NCBI GenBank assembly: GCA_965223905.1
Contig: CBDCXV010000010.1
Location: forward strand, 1,056,001 to 1,120,000
Direction: 5' to 3'
Source: Candidatus Latescibacterota bacterium
GTDB taxonomy: Bacteria > Latescibacterota > UBA2968 > UBA8231
DNA: 64,000 nt
Of the stretch, positions 27,931-37,499 are shown piece by piece; positions within the stretch are counted from its first letter, which is position 1, and each line of letters begins with the position of its first letter. The translations under genes and the position numbers were made by a program. The notes under the pieces are model-generated. The model was not told where the DNA came from and did no database searches. It saw only the letters and a list, made by a program, of their open reading frames with translations.

Positions 27931-29712
27931 ATGAACCCACCATCATCAACCCCAATCAAATACCTCATCTACGCGCGCAAATCCGCGGAAAGCGAAGACA
28001 AGCAAGTCGCATCCATTGATTCCCAGATAAAGGAGCTGCAAGACATAGCCCAGCGTGACAATCTGGAGATAATTGACGTTCTCTCCGAATCCAAGTCTGC
28101 CAAGGCCCCGGGCAGGCCAGTATTTGGAGGCCTCATTGCCCGTGTTTCACGGGGCGATGCAAACGGTATCCTGTGCTGGAAGCTGGACAGGTTAGCCCGC
28201 AACCCGGTTGACGGCGGCAATATCAGCTGGATGCTCCAGCAAGGTCTGATTCAGCACCTCCAGACCCATGAGCGCGGCTACTATCCCACGGACAATGTGC
28301 TCATGATGGCCGTGGAACTTGGAATGGCCAATCAGTTCATCCGCGATTTGAGTGAGAATACCAAACGAGGACTACGCGCCAAAGTTGAGCAGGGCTGGTA
28401 TCCGGGTGTTGCCAAACCTGGATACTTGAATGAGTTCCATCGCCAGAAAGGCGAACGCACCACTCCAAAAGATCCAATCCTCTTCCGGCTGCTTAGGCGC
28501 GCCTTCAATCTCATCCTCGCCGGCCAGGCTCCATCGCAGATATTAGACAAGCTCAACAATGAGTGGGGATTTCGCACGCTCAAACGGAGAAAACTCGGCA
28601 ACAAGCCCCTTGCCCGTAGCACCTTGTATCGGATTCTCGCGGACCCCTTTTATTACGGCCGCTTTGAGTATCCAGAGGGCTCAGGCAACTGGTATCAGGG
28701 CAAGCATACGCCCATGATTACGGAGGATGAATTCTGGCACATGCAAGAGCTCTTGGGCAAAGAGGGCAGGCCTCGCCCCCAAAAGCGCACCTTTGCGTTT
28801 ACTGGGTTGATGTCCTGTGGCGAATGCAATGCTGCCATCACTGCTCATGCCAAAGAACAAGTCATCTGCTCGGTCTGCAAACGCAAGTTCGCCTGCAAGA
28901 ATCGCTCAGCTTGTCCAGCCTGCAATACCAACATCGCCGAAATGCGCGCGCCTAAACACTTACACTACGAATACTACCATTGCACCAAGCGCAAGATTCC
29001 CTCGTGCTCCCAGGGAGCCTTGGAAGTCAAGAAGCTTGAAGCCCAAGTCAGTGAACTTCTCGCGTCCCTCACCATCCCGGAGCGCCTCAAAGACTGGTAC
29101 CTGAAGCAAATAGAAAACGCAGCAGAAACAGAGATTGATGAACAGACCGCCGTCCGAAACTCCCTTCAGGATGCGATTGATGATTCCAAGAAGCGCGTCA
29201 ACAACCTACTGGCGCTCAAAATATCATCCCAAAATTCCAACGGCGACCTTTTGAGCGACGAAGAATTCGCTGCCCAGAGGACAGCGTTGACCCGTGAGAT
29301 GAACCAGCTCAAACAAAAAATGGCCAGCATAGAAAAACATGCCGACCACTGGAGAGACGCCTGTGCAAAGACCTTTAACTTCGCCTGTTGCGCCGAAGGC
29401 CACTTCAAAAATGGCTCACCAGAGACCAAACGAGCCATTCTCGCTGCCCTTGGTTTGAACCTAACTCTTATGAACAAAAAACCCCGAATTTCCTTGCACA
29501 AACACTTCATCTTGATGCAGAAAATCCACCAGGGAGTCAAAGCCCAAAACGGTAGGTTTGAACCTTAAAATTTCCGCCAACCTAAAGGAAAAAACAGGGT
29601 TCTTGACCCTGCTTTTTCCACATGGCTCCGAGGGTGGGACGAAGTTAGAACCCATTTCATGAAATCCACAACAAGTATCCGCATCCCCGACCTCACACCA
29701 CCAAATCCGTAG
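27931..29712 (+). CDS. Large serine recombinase; TAA at 29566-29568 is probably premature, natural end 29712
   Basis: YARKS catalytic Ser, WKLDRLARN, LSENTKRGL..K...GW.PG..GY, recombinase domain, Zn ribbon (CGEC...YYHC) with an extra CxxC pair, coiled coil. Confidence 0.92.
29587..29640 (-). other. Putative att site: tRNA-3'-end-like segment followed by a terminator
   Basis: The minus strand reads GTCCCACCCTCGGAGCCA, then GCAGGGT-CAAGA-ACCCTGT-TTTTT. Confidence 0.6.
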
Positions 29713-30925
29713 ATCACCTCGCCTTATTGTAACGACCTGCAGACAATTGGTAAATCCACCGAACACCTCAATTGCCGCCGCATCCGACCATACGGCGACC
29801 TATTGCGAGAATTCCACGATTCCATTATACTGCCCATATAAGCACTATTAAGAAGCGGTACTATCACGGAGGCTATGAACATGAACGATCCTAAAATCAC
29901 GTACTTTCCCGTCGGCAATGGAGACACCAGCCTGATTCGCCTCTCCGACGAGACCGACATCATTATTGACTGTAACATCACCGAGGAATCCCAGGACGAT
30001 TCGGAGAGCGCCCGCTACGATGTTCGCAGTCATTTGCTGAAATCCCTCAAGAAGAGGGATGGGGTCTCGTATGCAGACGCTTTTGTCCTAACTCACCCAG
30101 ACCAAGACCACTGCCGTGGATTTGCGGAGACCTTCTATACTGGCAATCCCGCCCAGTACAGCGATTCTCATAAACGGGATGGTCTCATTCTCATTGATGA
30201 ATTGTGGTTTTCGCCGCGCATTTTTTCTCCGCACGAGGATGAGCTGAGCGAACCTGCCAAGGCGTTCCACAAAGAGGCCAAGCGGAGAATGAAGCTCTAT
30301 CAGGACGGAGCGTCAGAGCGGAGCAACTCTGGCAACCGGCTCCGCATTATCGGCTACTCGGACAACCCTGAGCTTGAAGGCTTGGAAGCTATCATTACCG
30401 CGCCTGGCAACTATATCAATCTCATCAACGACAGCGTTAAGGATGACTTCTCGTTCTTTGTGCATGCTCCCTTCCGCAAGGATACTGATTCAAAATGGGG
30501 CGAGCGCAACGATACCAGCGTAGTCCTGCACACCCAATTTGAAGTAGATGGTGACGAGCGAGCTGGTTTAGCATTCTTCGGCGGTGACGCTGGATGCTCC
30601 ATATGGGAAGAGATCCTTGAAAAAAGTGATGACGATACTTTAGAGTGGGATTTGTTTATGGCGCCGCATCACTGCTCCTGGACTTTTTTCAGTGAAGAGC
30701 CTTACAAAGACAACCAAGTGCCGAGCGAGAAATCTTTGGAAATCCTCGGGAAGAAGCGCGAGGGGGCCCTTGTGGTGGCCCCCTGCAAGCCCATCAAAGA
30801 CGATGACGACAACCCGCCCCACTACGCCGCCGCCGAAGAGTATAAGGAAGTTGTCGGAGAGGAAAATTTTCTCGCCACGATGGAACACCCTGACGAGGAA
30901 CATCTGCTCCCAATTGAGTTTGAAA

Positions 30926-32476
30926 CCCTAACGTTGCATAAATCGGGCTTGGAACGTGTGCTTGCCGTCAAGCCGCCTTGTGAAGCGCGTCGATGAAATG
31001 CAACAAGTCGTTTTCGACCATGGGATTGGGGGTGAGCGTTAGCGTCAAGTTTCCCTGGGGCTGCGTGAGACGACCAGCGCGCTGGATGAAGCGGTGACGG
31101 AGGGTGTCCAGCGTCTGGAATAACCAGGCGGCCGGGCGCTTGGCACGGGAGTAAGTGGAACGCGGATGGGCCAGCATTTGTATCTCTCGTCCCAGGTTAT
31201 GCGCCATCATCGCACACAGCGTGACCATCTGGTTGCCGACCAACCGCCGGGTGGGGATCAAATCAAGGCCGGCGTGCTGCCTGGCCTCAGCGAAAATGCC
31301 TTCCTGAGAGCCGCGGCCATGGTGGAAGAGGAGCACGCTGCGAGCTGAGCCCATCTTGTTGGTGACGACGACGCGGTAGTCGTAGTCGACGACGCGGGGC
31401 TCGAACAGATCCAGTTGCAGGGGGCCCTTCACCTGGCGTCGCACCTGGTGTCGCACAAACAGGAAGCGGTATGTAGCCGGCCACGATTTCGGCTTCCAGT
31501 CGCTTTCGAAGTAGCAGCGCTCGCCATCCAGATGACGCCAGCGACGCCGCGACTCGATCATCTGCTTGAGCACGGCAAAGCGTTCGAAAGGGACGCTGAC
31601 TGTGCACTCGACGCCATACAGGTCCATGAGGGTCAGCGTCTTCTGGTTGAAGAAGGCACTATCCATGCGGGATTCGAGCACGACCTTGGGGAAGGCGGCA
31701 CGGACGCGGTCGAAGTTGACTATCATGAATTCATGCGCCCCCTTGCTGTCATGGACATTGCCGGATCGGTGAAGGACATCGAGAAACTGTCCGGTCTGAG
31801 CCACGGTGGCAAACAGGTTGTAGTAACTGCGGGCGCCCTTCTTCTTGGTGTTGTATCCGACGGCGGTGCCTTCGGCGTGTCCCTGCGTAGACACCACCGA
31901 GCCATCGAAGTCCAGGGTCAAGCGGGCCAGCTGTTCCCGCTCCAGGCCCTCGACCACCAGCGCTGAAGAAAGCGCGCGCACCTGCTCGACACTCTTTCGA
32001 TCCATAGCGCCCAGTGCACGAGAAATGGTGGCCACATCGGGTAGACGACGTAACCCCAGCAGCCGCTGCACCAAGGGGTCGTCGCGGTAGTAGTCCACGT
32101 CCCGCAAGCGCCGGAAGCCCAGCAGCAGATGGACGATGACTACCAAGACGATGCGATGCGGCCCAAAGATGGGGAAGCCCTTCAGGTGCTGGAAGCACTG
32201 CTTCAGTCGGGCCTTCAGATCCAGACGCTGGAATAGCGCCACAAAGACAATCACGCCAGCAAACGATGTGAGCTGCTGATCTTCGAATCGGATAACCGGC
32301 ATCTTGTGAAAACGGGCCAGAATTGCTTGTTTGCTGAACTTCACTTTTGGTGCCCTCCTGGATTGAGGGGGTTGGTGTCTTCGCTAACACCATAGATCCC
32401 CATTCTTCAGAGGCACCGCAAGTGACAATGCGGCAGTTCATTCCCTCACATCCGCAATTCTTATGCAACTATGGAG
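30926..32476 (-). mobile_element. IS1380-family element, copy 1
   Basis: Imperfect IRs CCCTAACGTTGCATAA / TTATGCAACTATGGAG; TGAAA duplicated at 30921-30925 and 32477-32481. Confidence 0.93.
30968..32344 (-). CDS. IS1380 transposase (intact)
   Basis: LTSFAG, TLDFDGS, GYN, RSGN, RMDSAF, HHGRGSQE, MAHNL, TLRHRFI. Confidence 0.92.
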   Translation of the reverse strand: MKFSKQAILARFHKMPVIRFEDQQLTSFAGVIVFVALFQRLDLKARLKQCFQHLKGFPIFGPHRIVLVVIVHLLLGFRRLRDVDYYRDDPLVQRLLGLRRLPDVATISRALGAMDRKSVEQVRALSSALVVEGLEREQLARLTLDFDGSVVSTQGHAEGTAVGYNTKKKGARSYYNLFATVAQTGQFLDVLHRSGNVHDSKGAHEFMIVNFDRVRAAFPKVVLESRMDSAFFNQKTLTLMDLYGVECTVSVPFERFAVLKQMIESRRRWRHLDGERCYFESDWKPKSWPATYRFLFVRHQVRRQVKGPLQLDLFEPRVVDYDYRVVVTNKMGSARSVLLFHHGRGSQEGIFAEARQHAGLDLIPTRRLVGNQMVTLCAMMAHNLGREIQMLAHPRSTYSRAKRPAAWLFQTLDTLRHRFIQRAGRLTQPQGNLTLTLTPNPMVENDLLHFIDALHKAA

Positions 32477-32577
32477 TGAAATCAGCAAGAACGGCCCCGT
32501 CAAGGTAGGTTCGTCAGAATCAAGCGCTGTTGCCTCGTCTGCTGCTGTGCAGGCTGCTACAGGAACTCCCCAGACCT

Positions 32578-34923
32578 ATGGCTGATGATCTCCATACGTC
32601 AAATCAAAAAATAGAGGAGCCCGCCAATCTCAGCCCTGCGATAAATGAAGCAATTCTTGATCTGAAGAAAGCATTTTCAGATCAAACCATTGATGCACTT
32701 TCTTGGAATAAGCACTACATAGCCATACCGCTTGATGTAGCGGTTGATTTGCCCGCCCGTGGCCCGGTTGGCTCCTTAGATATTCAAAAGCGAGAGCCGA
32801 TCTACTTACTCCTCCATCGCCAACACTATCCTCATAAGGCACCCTCAGCCTGGTCCAACCGCAAGAATTTTCCTGCATCCATGTTGCCCCACCTGAACCC
32901 AACATCACCGGGAATGGCAGCCAACTTCTGCCTTCACCGGGGCAATTTTGATAACTGGTTCGCAGAACACACCATCGTTGATGTCGTCCAACGGATTCGT
33001 AGTTGGCTACGTGACGCAGCCCGTGACCGGCTGATTCGCAAAGAAGGTGGATTTGAGTTTACCCGCATTTCAGATACGCTTGGCTATACCATCTATGAAC
33101 CATCCGCCTTAACCGAGGTGGTCTATAAAACATGGCGCCAAAACAAGGGAACAGCAGGCTTTTGTTTCTTGTGGTACGACCTGCTGAAAAATCCGAGCAA
33201 AGACCCCCTCATCGCCAAGGATACCTACGCCATACGCCTGGCGTGCTCACTCCTTAGCGAAGACACTGCAAAGCCACGTGAAGTCAGCTTGAAACTCAAT
33301 GGCTTTCACTCAGAGGACAACAAACTGGAACGCATGCTCTTTGGAGTGTTGGCATGGCCTAGCAAGAGGCAGGTCTGCGGGAGATACTTCACAGAACTGC
33401 CTGATACGCTCCGTGCCTTCGTGGAGTGGGGTAAAAGCTTCGGCATTCCAACAAGAACCGCCTTGCAGACCTATCTGTCCAAAGACCTCCAGCTATTGGG
33501 CGGCGTCCCGGTCACAGTCGTCATCCCCAGACCTCAACGAGTTATTGGGTCCAGCTCTCGGCTTGAACTTTTGAATTTCACAGTCAACGCAGCTGGTGAC
33601 CACTGGCCCGAGGATGGAGAATGGAATCTTGATGCAAAGGTCACAAGTATAGGGCACCGAGTCCCTCTCACAGTCCGAAGGGCACGCGATATCTCCTCTC
33701 AACCAGAGGATGTGGACTTCGGTCGCCTACTGTTTCTTGGGTGTGGTGCTGTCGGCTCAAAGCTGGCCCTTCACTTGGCCAAGAGCGGACAGCCGAACAT
33801 GACCTTAGCTGATTACGATGAGCTGTCGCCACATAACCTGGTCAGGCACGGTCTGCTGCACGAAAGCACCGGGAGGAACAAAGCTGAAGCCGTCAAAGAA
33901 GCTATACAAGGGATATTTTACGCGGACAAATCAGTAAAGGTTGACACATACAAATCTTCTGCTTTAGACCTATTTCTCGGCCAGAATCAGAGCATCCTAA
34001 AAGCTCACAAATGGATTATTGATGCCACTGCTTCTTCAATGATGCTGAATGCGTTGAGCCAGGCTAAGATTCCCGATACTCTCGCCTGCTGTCGCTGCGA
34101 AATAGCAGACCATGGCCAACTCGGTTTCTTGAGCGTAGAGGGTGCCAACCGGAACCCGCGACTTGATGACCTTCAGATAATCCTCTTTGATATGGCGCTC
34201 AAGCATCCTCTGCTGTCACAATGGCTCCAAGAAAACAAAGAACAGCGTGAACAGCAAATTGGTTCCGCGCTTGAGGAAATTAACATTGGCATTAGCTGTA
34301 GTTCCGAAACTATGCGCCTTTCAGATGAACTTGTATCACTGCACGCTGCTTCGTTTGCCACTGGTTTCCGTAGTTGTGCGAAGAAAGGAATACCGAACAG
34401 CGCAGGCAGAATACAAGTTAGTGAGTATTGCGAAAAAGGACAATTGACCAGTATTGTCCAGCACTACGATGTTGGGGCAATGACGGTCGTCTCCGCCCGT
34501 AATGATCCATCGTGGCAAGTGCGCCTCAAACATGGTCTTGTAGCAAAAATGCAAATTCTACTCCGCCATGCTAAGCCAAACGAGACAGGCGGCCTTTTAA
34601 TCGGCATGGTCCATTTCAAACGCAAGACTGTTTATATCACCCGTGTTTTGCCTGCACCTGCAGACAGTGTATCCAGCCCTTACGCATTTGTGCGTGGCAT
34701 TCAAGATCTCCCGGAAACCGTATACAAGATTCAAAACCTCACTGGTGGAATGCTCGGTTATGTAGGAGAATGGCACACACATCCAGACGGAGGACCAAAC
34801 TTGAGCTTGACAGACAGAGAAGCAGTTGAGAAAGTTAAATCAAACTTGGATAGCATTCCTCTGCCCACGCACGTAATGATTGTTACAGCCCGTGGCATTT
34901 ATCCCCATATTTTCACTCCCTGA
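32578..34923 (+). CDS. Prokaryotic E2 - ThiF/E1 - JAB/MPN fusion protein
   Basis: E2: YPHKAP...PHLN...FCL. E1: GCGAVGS, DYDELSPHNLVRH, NKAEA, IIDATAS, GISCSSET. JAB: ETGGLLIG, YVGEWHTHP...S.TD. Its ATG overlaps the MBL stop. Confidence 0.92.
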   Translation: MADDLHTSNQKIEEPANLSPAINEAILDLKKAFSDQTIDALSWNKHYIAIPLDVAVDLPARGPVGSLDIQKREPIYLLLHRQHYPHKAPSAWSNRKNFPASMLPHLNPTSPGMAANFCLHRGNFDNWFAEHTIVDVVQRIRSWLRDAARDRLIRKEGGFEFTRISDTLGYTIYEPSALTEVVYKTWRQNKGTAGFCFLWYDLLKNPSKDPLIAKDTYAIRLACSLLSEDTAKPREVSLKLNGFHSEDNKLERMLFGVLAWPSKRQVCGRYFTELPDTLRAFVEWGKSFGIPTRTALQTYLSKDLQLLGGVPVTVVIPRPQRVIGSSSRLELLNFTVNAAGDHWPEDGEWNLDAKVTSIGHRVPLTVRRARDISSQPEDVDFGRLLFLGCGAVGSKLALHLAKSGQPNMTLADYDELSPHNLVRHGLLHESTGRNKAEAVKEAIQGIFYADKSVKVDTYKSSALDLFLGQNQSILKAHKWIIDATASSMMLNALSQAKIPDTLACCRCEIADHGQLGFLSVEGANRNPRLDDLQIILFDMALKHPLLSQWLQENKEQREQQIGSALEEINIGISCSSETMRLSDELVSLHAASFATGFRSCAKKGIPNSAGRIQVSEYCEKGQLTSIVQHYDVGAMTVVSARNDPSWQVRLKHGLVAKMQILLRHAKPNETGGLLIGMVHFKRKTVYITRVLPAPADSVSSPYAFVRGIQDLPETVYKIQNLTGGMLGYVGEWHTHPDGGPNLSLTDREAVEKVKSNLDSIPLPTHVMIVTARGIYPHIFTP

Positions 34924-34945
34924 CATAAATCGTATCGCAAGCATT

Positions 34946-35599
34946 ATGAAAAAACTTGATATCTACCAAACGCTCGCTGTCTTCATGCCGGGCTACTTTT
35001 TTGCTTTTGGCTCCTACATACTTCTGCACAGGCTTGGTGTTGCCATGCCATTTGAGATTTCGTCTATCGGCGGCAGCATTGCCTTGATTGTTATGGCCTA
35101 CGTCATCGGGCAACTGGTCCAAGTAGTTGGTAATGCTTTTGAGTGGCTATGGCGCAAAGTGCGCCCTGTACCTTCGGTGAGAATTCAAAAAGGAGATGAA
35201 AAGATTCTGACCTCACATCAACGTCAGCAACTCATTGACGCTATGAAGCAAAAGGTTGGCTTGCCCGACGGTGATGTCTCCAAACTACCCCGAAGCGAAT
35301 GGTTTTCATACGTAGGTTCAGTGGCCTCAGCAGTCCGTCAAGCAAAGCAAATGGAACAGGTGGATATCTTCAGTGCGCACTGTGGAATGTTTAGAGGACT
35401 CGTGGCCGCAAGTTTTCTCCTCGCTCTCGGCTCGTGGCTCCTTTTGGGAGAACAATGGCACCTGCCTGTTGCTACACTTATTGTGCTTGGTCTTCTTGCG
35501 CTCTACCGAATGGACCGCTTTGATAAGAATTACGCCAGAGAGTTGGTCCGACAGTTTCTGCAAATTGCAAGACAGGAAAACACAGACCAGAAGGACTAG
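34946..35599 (+). CDS. Uncharacterised membrane protein with about 4 TM helices
   Basis: Two hydrophobic hairpins flank a soluble loop (AVFMPG, AYVIGQLVQ, GMFRGL); 22 nt after the E2-E1-JAB stop. Confidence 0.75.
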   Translation: MKKLDIYQTLAVFMPGYFFAFGSYILLHRLGVAMPFEISSIGGSIALIVMAYVIGQLVQVVGNAFEWLWRKVRPVPSVRIQKGDEKILTSHQRQQLIDAMKQKVGLPDGDVSKLPRSEWFSYVGSVASAVRQAKQMEQVDIFSAHCGMFRGLVAASFLLALGSWLLLGEQWHLPVATLIVLGLLALYRMDRFDKNYARELVRQFLQIARQENTDQKD

Positions 35600-35629
35600 G
35601 GAATTAGCGAAAGATCGGAATTTTAGGTC

Positions 35630-35902
35630 CTATAACTCAATCCGCACGATCAGCTTGCCATCCAAACTCTCGTCCCGCAAATATCCTTCTTCCTCTAATT
35701 GCTCCAGCCAGCGTTTTAGTTCCACTACAGACACGCTGATTTCTTCGGCTATACGCTGAAAAGATGCCCGGTAATAGCCGGTTTTGGGGTTCATCCGGGT
35801 GAGAATGTAAAGGTAAAACCACAAGGCCTGTCCTTGCTGTTCAAAGTCCTGCAGGAACTTCCTTGGCCAGGTCCTGGAGTAAATTGTCAGTTGCTCTGCC
35901 AT
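35630..35902 (-). CDS. Small winged-helix DNA-binding protein
   Basis: ALWFYLYIL...SFQRIAEEISVSVVELKRWLEQLEEEGYL. Confidence 0.7.
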   Translation of the reverse strand: MAEQLTIYSRTWPRKFLQDFEQQGQALWFYLYILTRMNPKTGYYRASFQRIAEEISVSVVELKRWLEQLEEEGYLRDESLDGKLIVRIEL

Positions 35903-36104
35903 CTATCTCTACCATAGCAGATAGACGACGCAAGGGAACTGGGGCAGAGTTGCTCGGGCAGACGCGATGGGTCAGTCGCTTTATGCACCTATATTTGTGC
36001 TCCGACGCCGTTTTGAATACAGTCTGCGACTTCGGTATGATACTTCAGAGCCACCGACAGTGCGGTACGTCCATAGTCGCCAATTCCAAGGAGCTTCTAT
36101 CAAG

Positions 36105-36527
36105 ATGCCAGATATCTCAACCGTCCTAAAACAAGAAATCACTCGCCTCGCAAAAAAAGAGCTCAAACCAATTGCTGGAAGCCAGTCAAAACAAATTCAA
36201 GCTTTGAAAGCCACGGTTAGAGATTTGAAAGGCCAAATCGCTGCCATACAGAAATCTCTCACTAATGCTGCTACTCCTCAACCGTCACCGCCAGAGCAAG
36301 AAGATGAACAAGGAGCAATCCGCATCAGTCCAACGTCAATCAAGAAACACAGAAAACGCCTCCGACTTTCCCAGGCTCAATTGGGAAAGTTACTCGGAGT
36401 CAGCACTACTACCATCGTCTTCTGGGAAACTGGGAGGTCCTCTCCAAGTGGGACGAACAGGGAGCATATCGCCGAGTTGAGAGAAATGGGATTGCGGGAA
36501 GCAAAATCACTTTTAGAAACCATTTGA
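36105..36527 (+). CDS. Coiled-coil plus XRE HTH protein
   Basis: MPDISTVLKQEITRLAKKE; IKKHRKRLRLSQAQLGKLLGVS...WETGRSSP; AAGGAG RBS. Confidence 0.85.
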   Translation: MPDISTVLKQEITRLAKKELKPIAGSQSKQIQALKATVRDLKGQIAAIQKSLTNAATPQPSPPEQEDEQGAIRISPTSIKKHRKRLRLSQAQLGKLLGVSTTTIVFWETGRSSPSGTNREHIAELREMGLREAKSLLETI

Positions 36528-36774
36528 AACACTTGGTTTATCTACCACGGGGCATCAATCTGACCTCCATCAACCCCCATAGCACAGTCACTCAATCTTG
36601 ATAATAGCCTTTGGAAATTTCTGCTTCAAAGCGGTAGATGCAGCTTTCCTGCCCAAAGCCAACGCCTCCTCCTCTGTCAGCCTTAACCGTTACTGTGAAA
36701 GTCGTGTCATTGACAAATTCCAAGCACTCCTAACTTCCTCCCAGTCACAACGGCACATTCCTGAACCCCAGAAT

Positions 36775-37437
36775 TCACACCTTGCTCGTCTTTGCCGATT
36801 GAGCCTTCGCATTTTGAACTCTTCTCTCGTTCCGCTTTTCGTACTCCAGACGCAACTGTTCATCCCGAGAAGGAAGATCATGATATATCTGCTGCGTAGC
36901 ATCACATATTTCTAATAATCCATGAACACGATCAAATCTCTTGGATGGACCATTTTCCCTCCAACAGCTTGGAGGGCCAAAATCACTCAAAAGCTCATTG
37001 CCCGTTAGAATCAAAACAGGATTAAGAGGGCGCTCACTCTTCCAGCGTTTCCTTCCAGCTTTGGCAATCCGAGTGATCTCCCGTAATTCCCGCTTATTTA
37101 ACTCTTTCCGCAGCGTGCAGAACGCAAGCACGGCTCCAGGAAACCTCTTCCCAATAGTTCGCATCCGCACAAAGTCCTTTTGCTCAAATGTGTCAAAGGT
37201 TTTGCACTCCCCAAAAATCACGCCTTCAGCAACACTTCCGAACAAAGATTCCTGCCACAAAATCCCGAAGTCTGCTTCCAATTTCTTGCCTTGCTCACCG
37301 TTGGCAATAAAACAATACGATGGCGTTACCTGTAGGCTATGCAATCGGCAAAGGAACTCCACGGCTAGCAGTACACAATATCCGCCATCAGCATGTCCGG
37401 GAATACTGAACGGTCCAGCTGTCTTGTAGTACCACAC
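36775..37437 (-). pseudogene. C-terminal remnant of a larger protein with a PD-(D/E)XK nuclease-like domain
   Basis: EADF...IFGECKT motif; no convincing start or RBS; upstream sequence is replaced by integrase debris. Confidence 0.5.
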
Positions 37438-37499
37438 ATTGCTTGAGCTAGTCCGAGACCCTCAAGCTCAACATTGAGTGATGGATTCAGTGGATCATT

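Larger units (their letters stand above)
29875..32585 (+). pseudogene. ComEC-type MBL-fold hydrolase/nuclease interrupted by IS1380 (segments 29875-30925 and 32482-32585)
   Basis: FPVGNGD, IIDC, THPDQDHCRG, NDTSVV, GGDA, APHHCS. The frame is restored across the IS and ends PQTYG*. Confidence 0.88.

Noticed and set aside
29875-30996. ORF-track 373-aa protein as a complete gene, or as competence protein ComEC
   Set aside because: The last 23 residues are IS-derived, and there is no membrane competence domain.
32578-34923. Housekeeping ThiF/MoeB for thiamine or molybdopterin synthesis
   Set aside because: It is fused to E2 and JAB, has no ThiS/MoaD or cofactor genes nearby, and lies in a mobile island.
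29875-35599. Calling the locus CBASS, Pycsar or a Bil/Ubl system
   Set aside because: No nucleotidyltransferase or cyclase motifs and no beta-grasp ubiquitin-like ORF are visible nearby; the gene in the substrate position is an MBL hydrolase.
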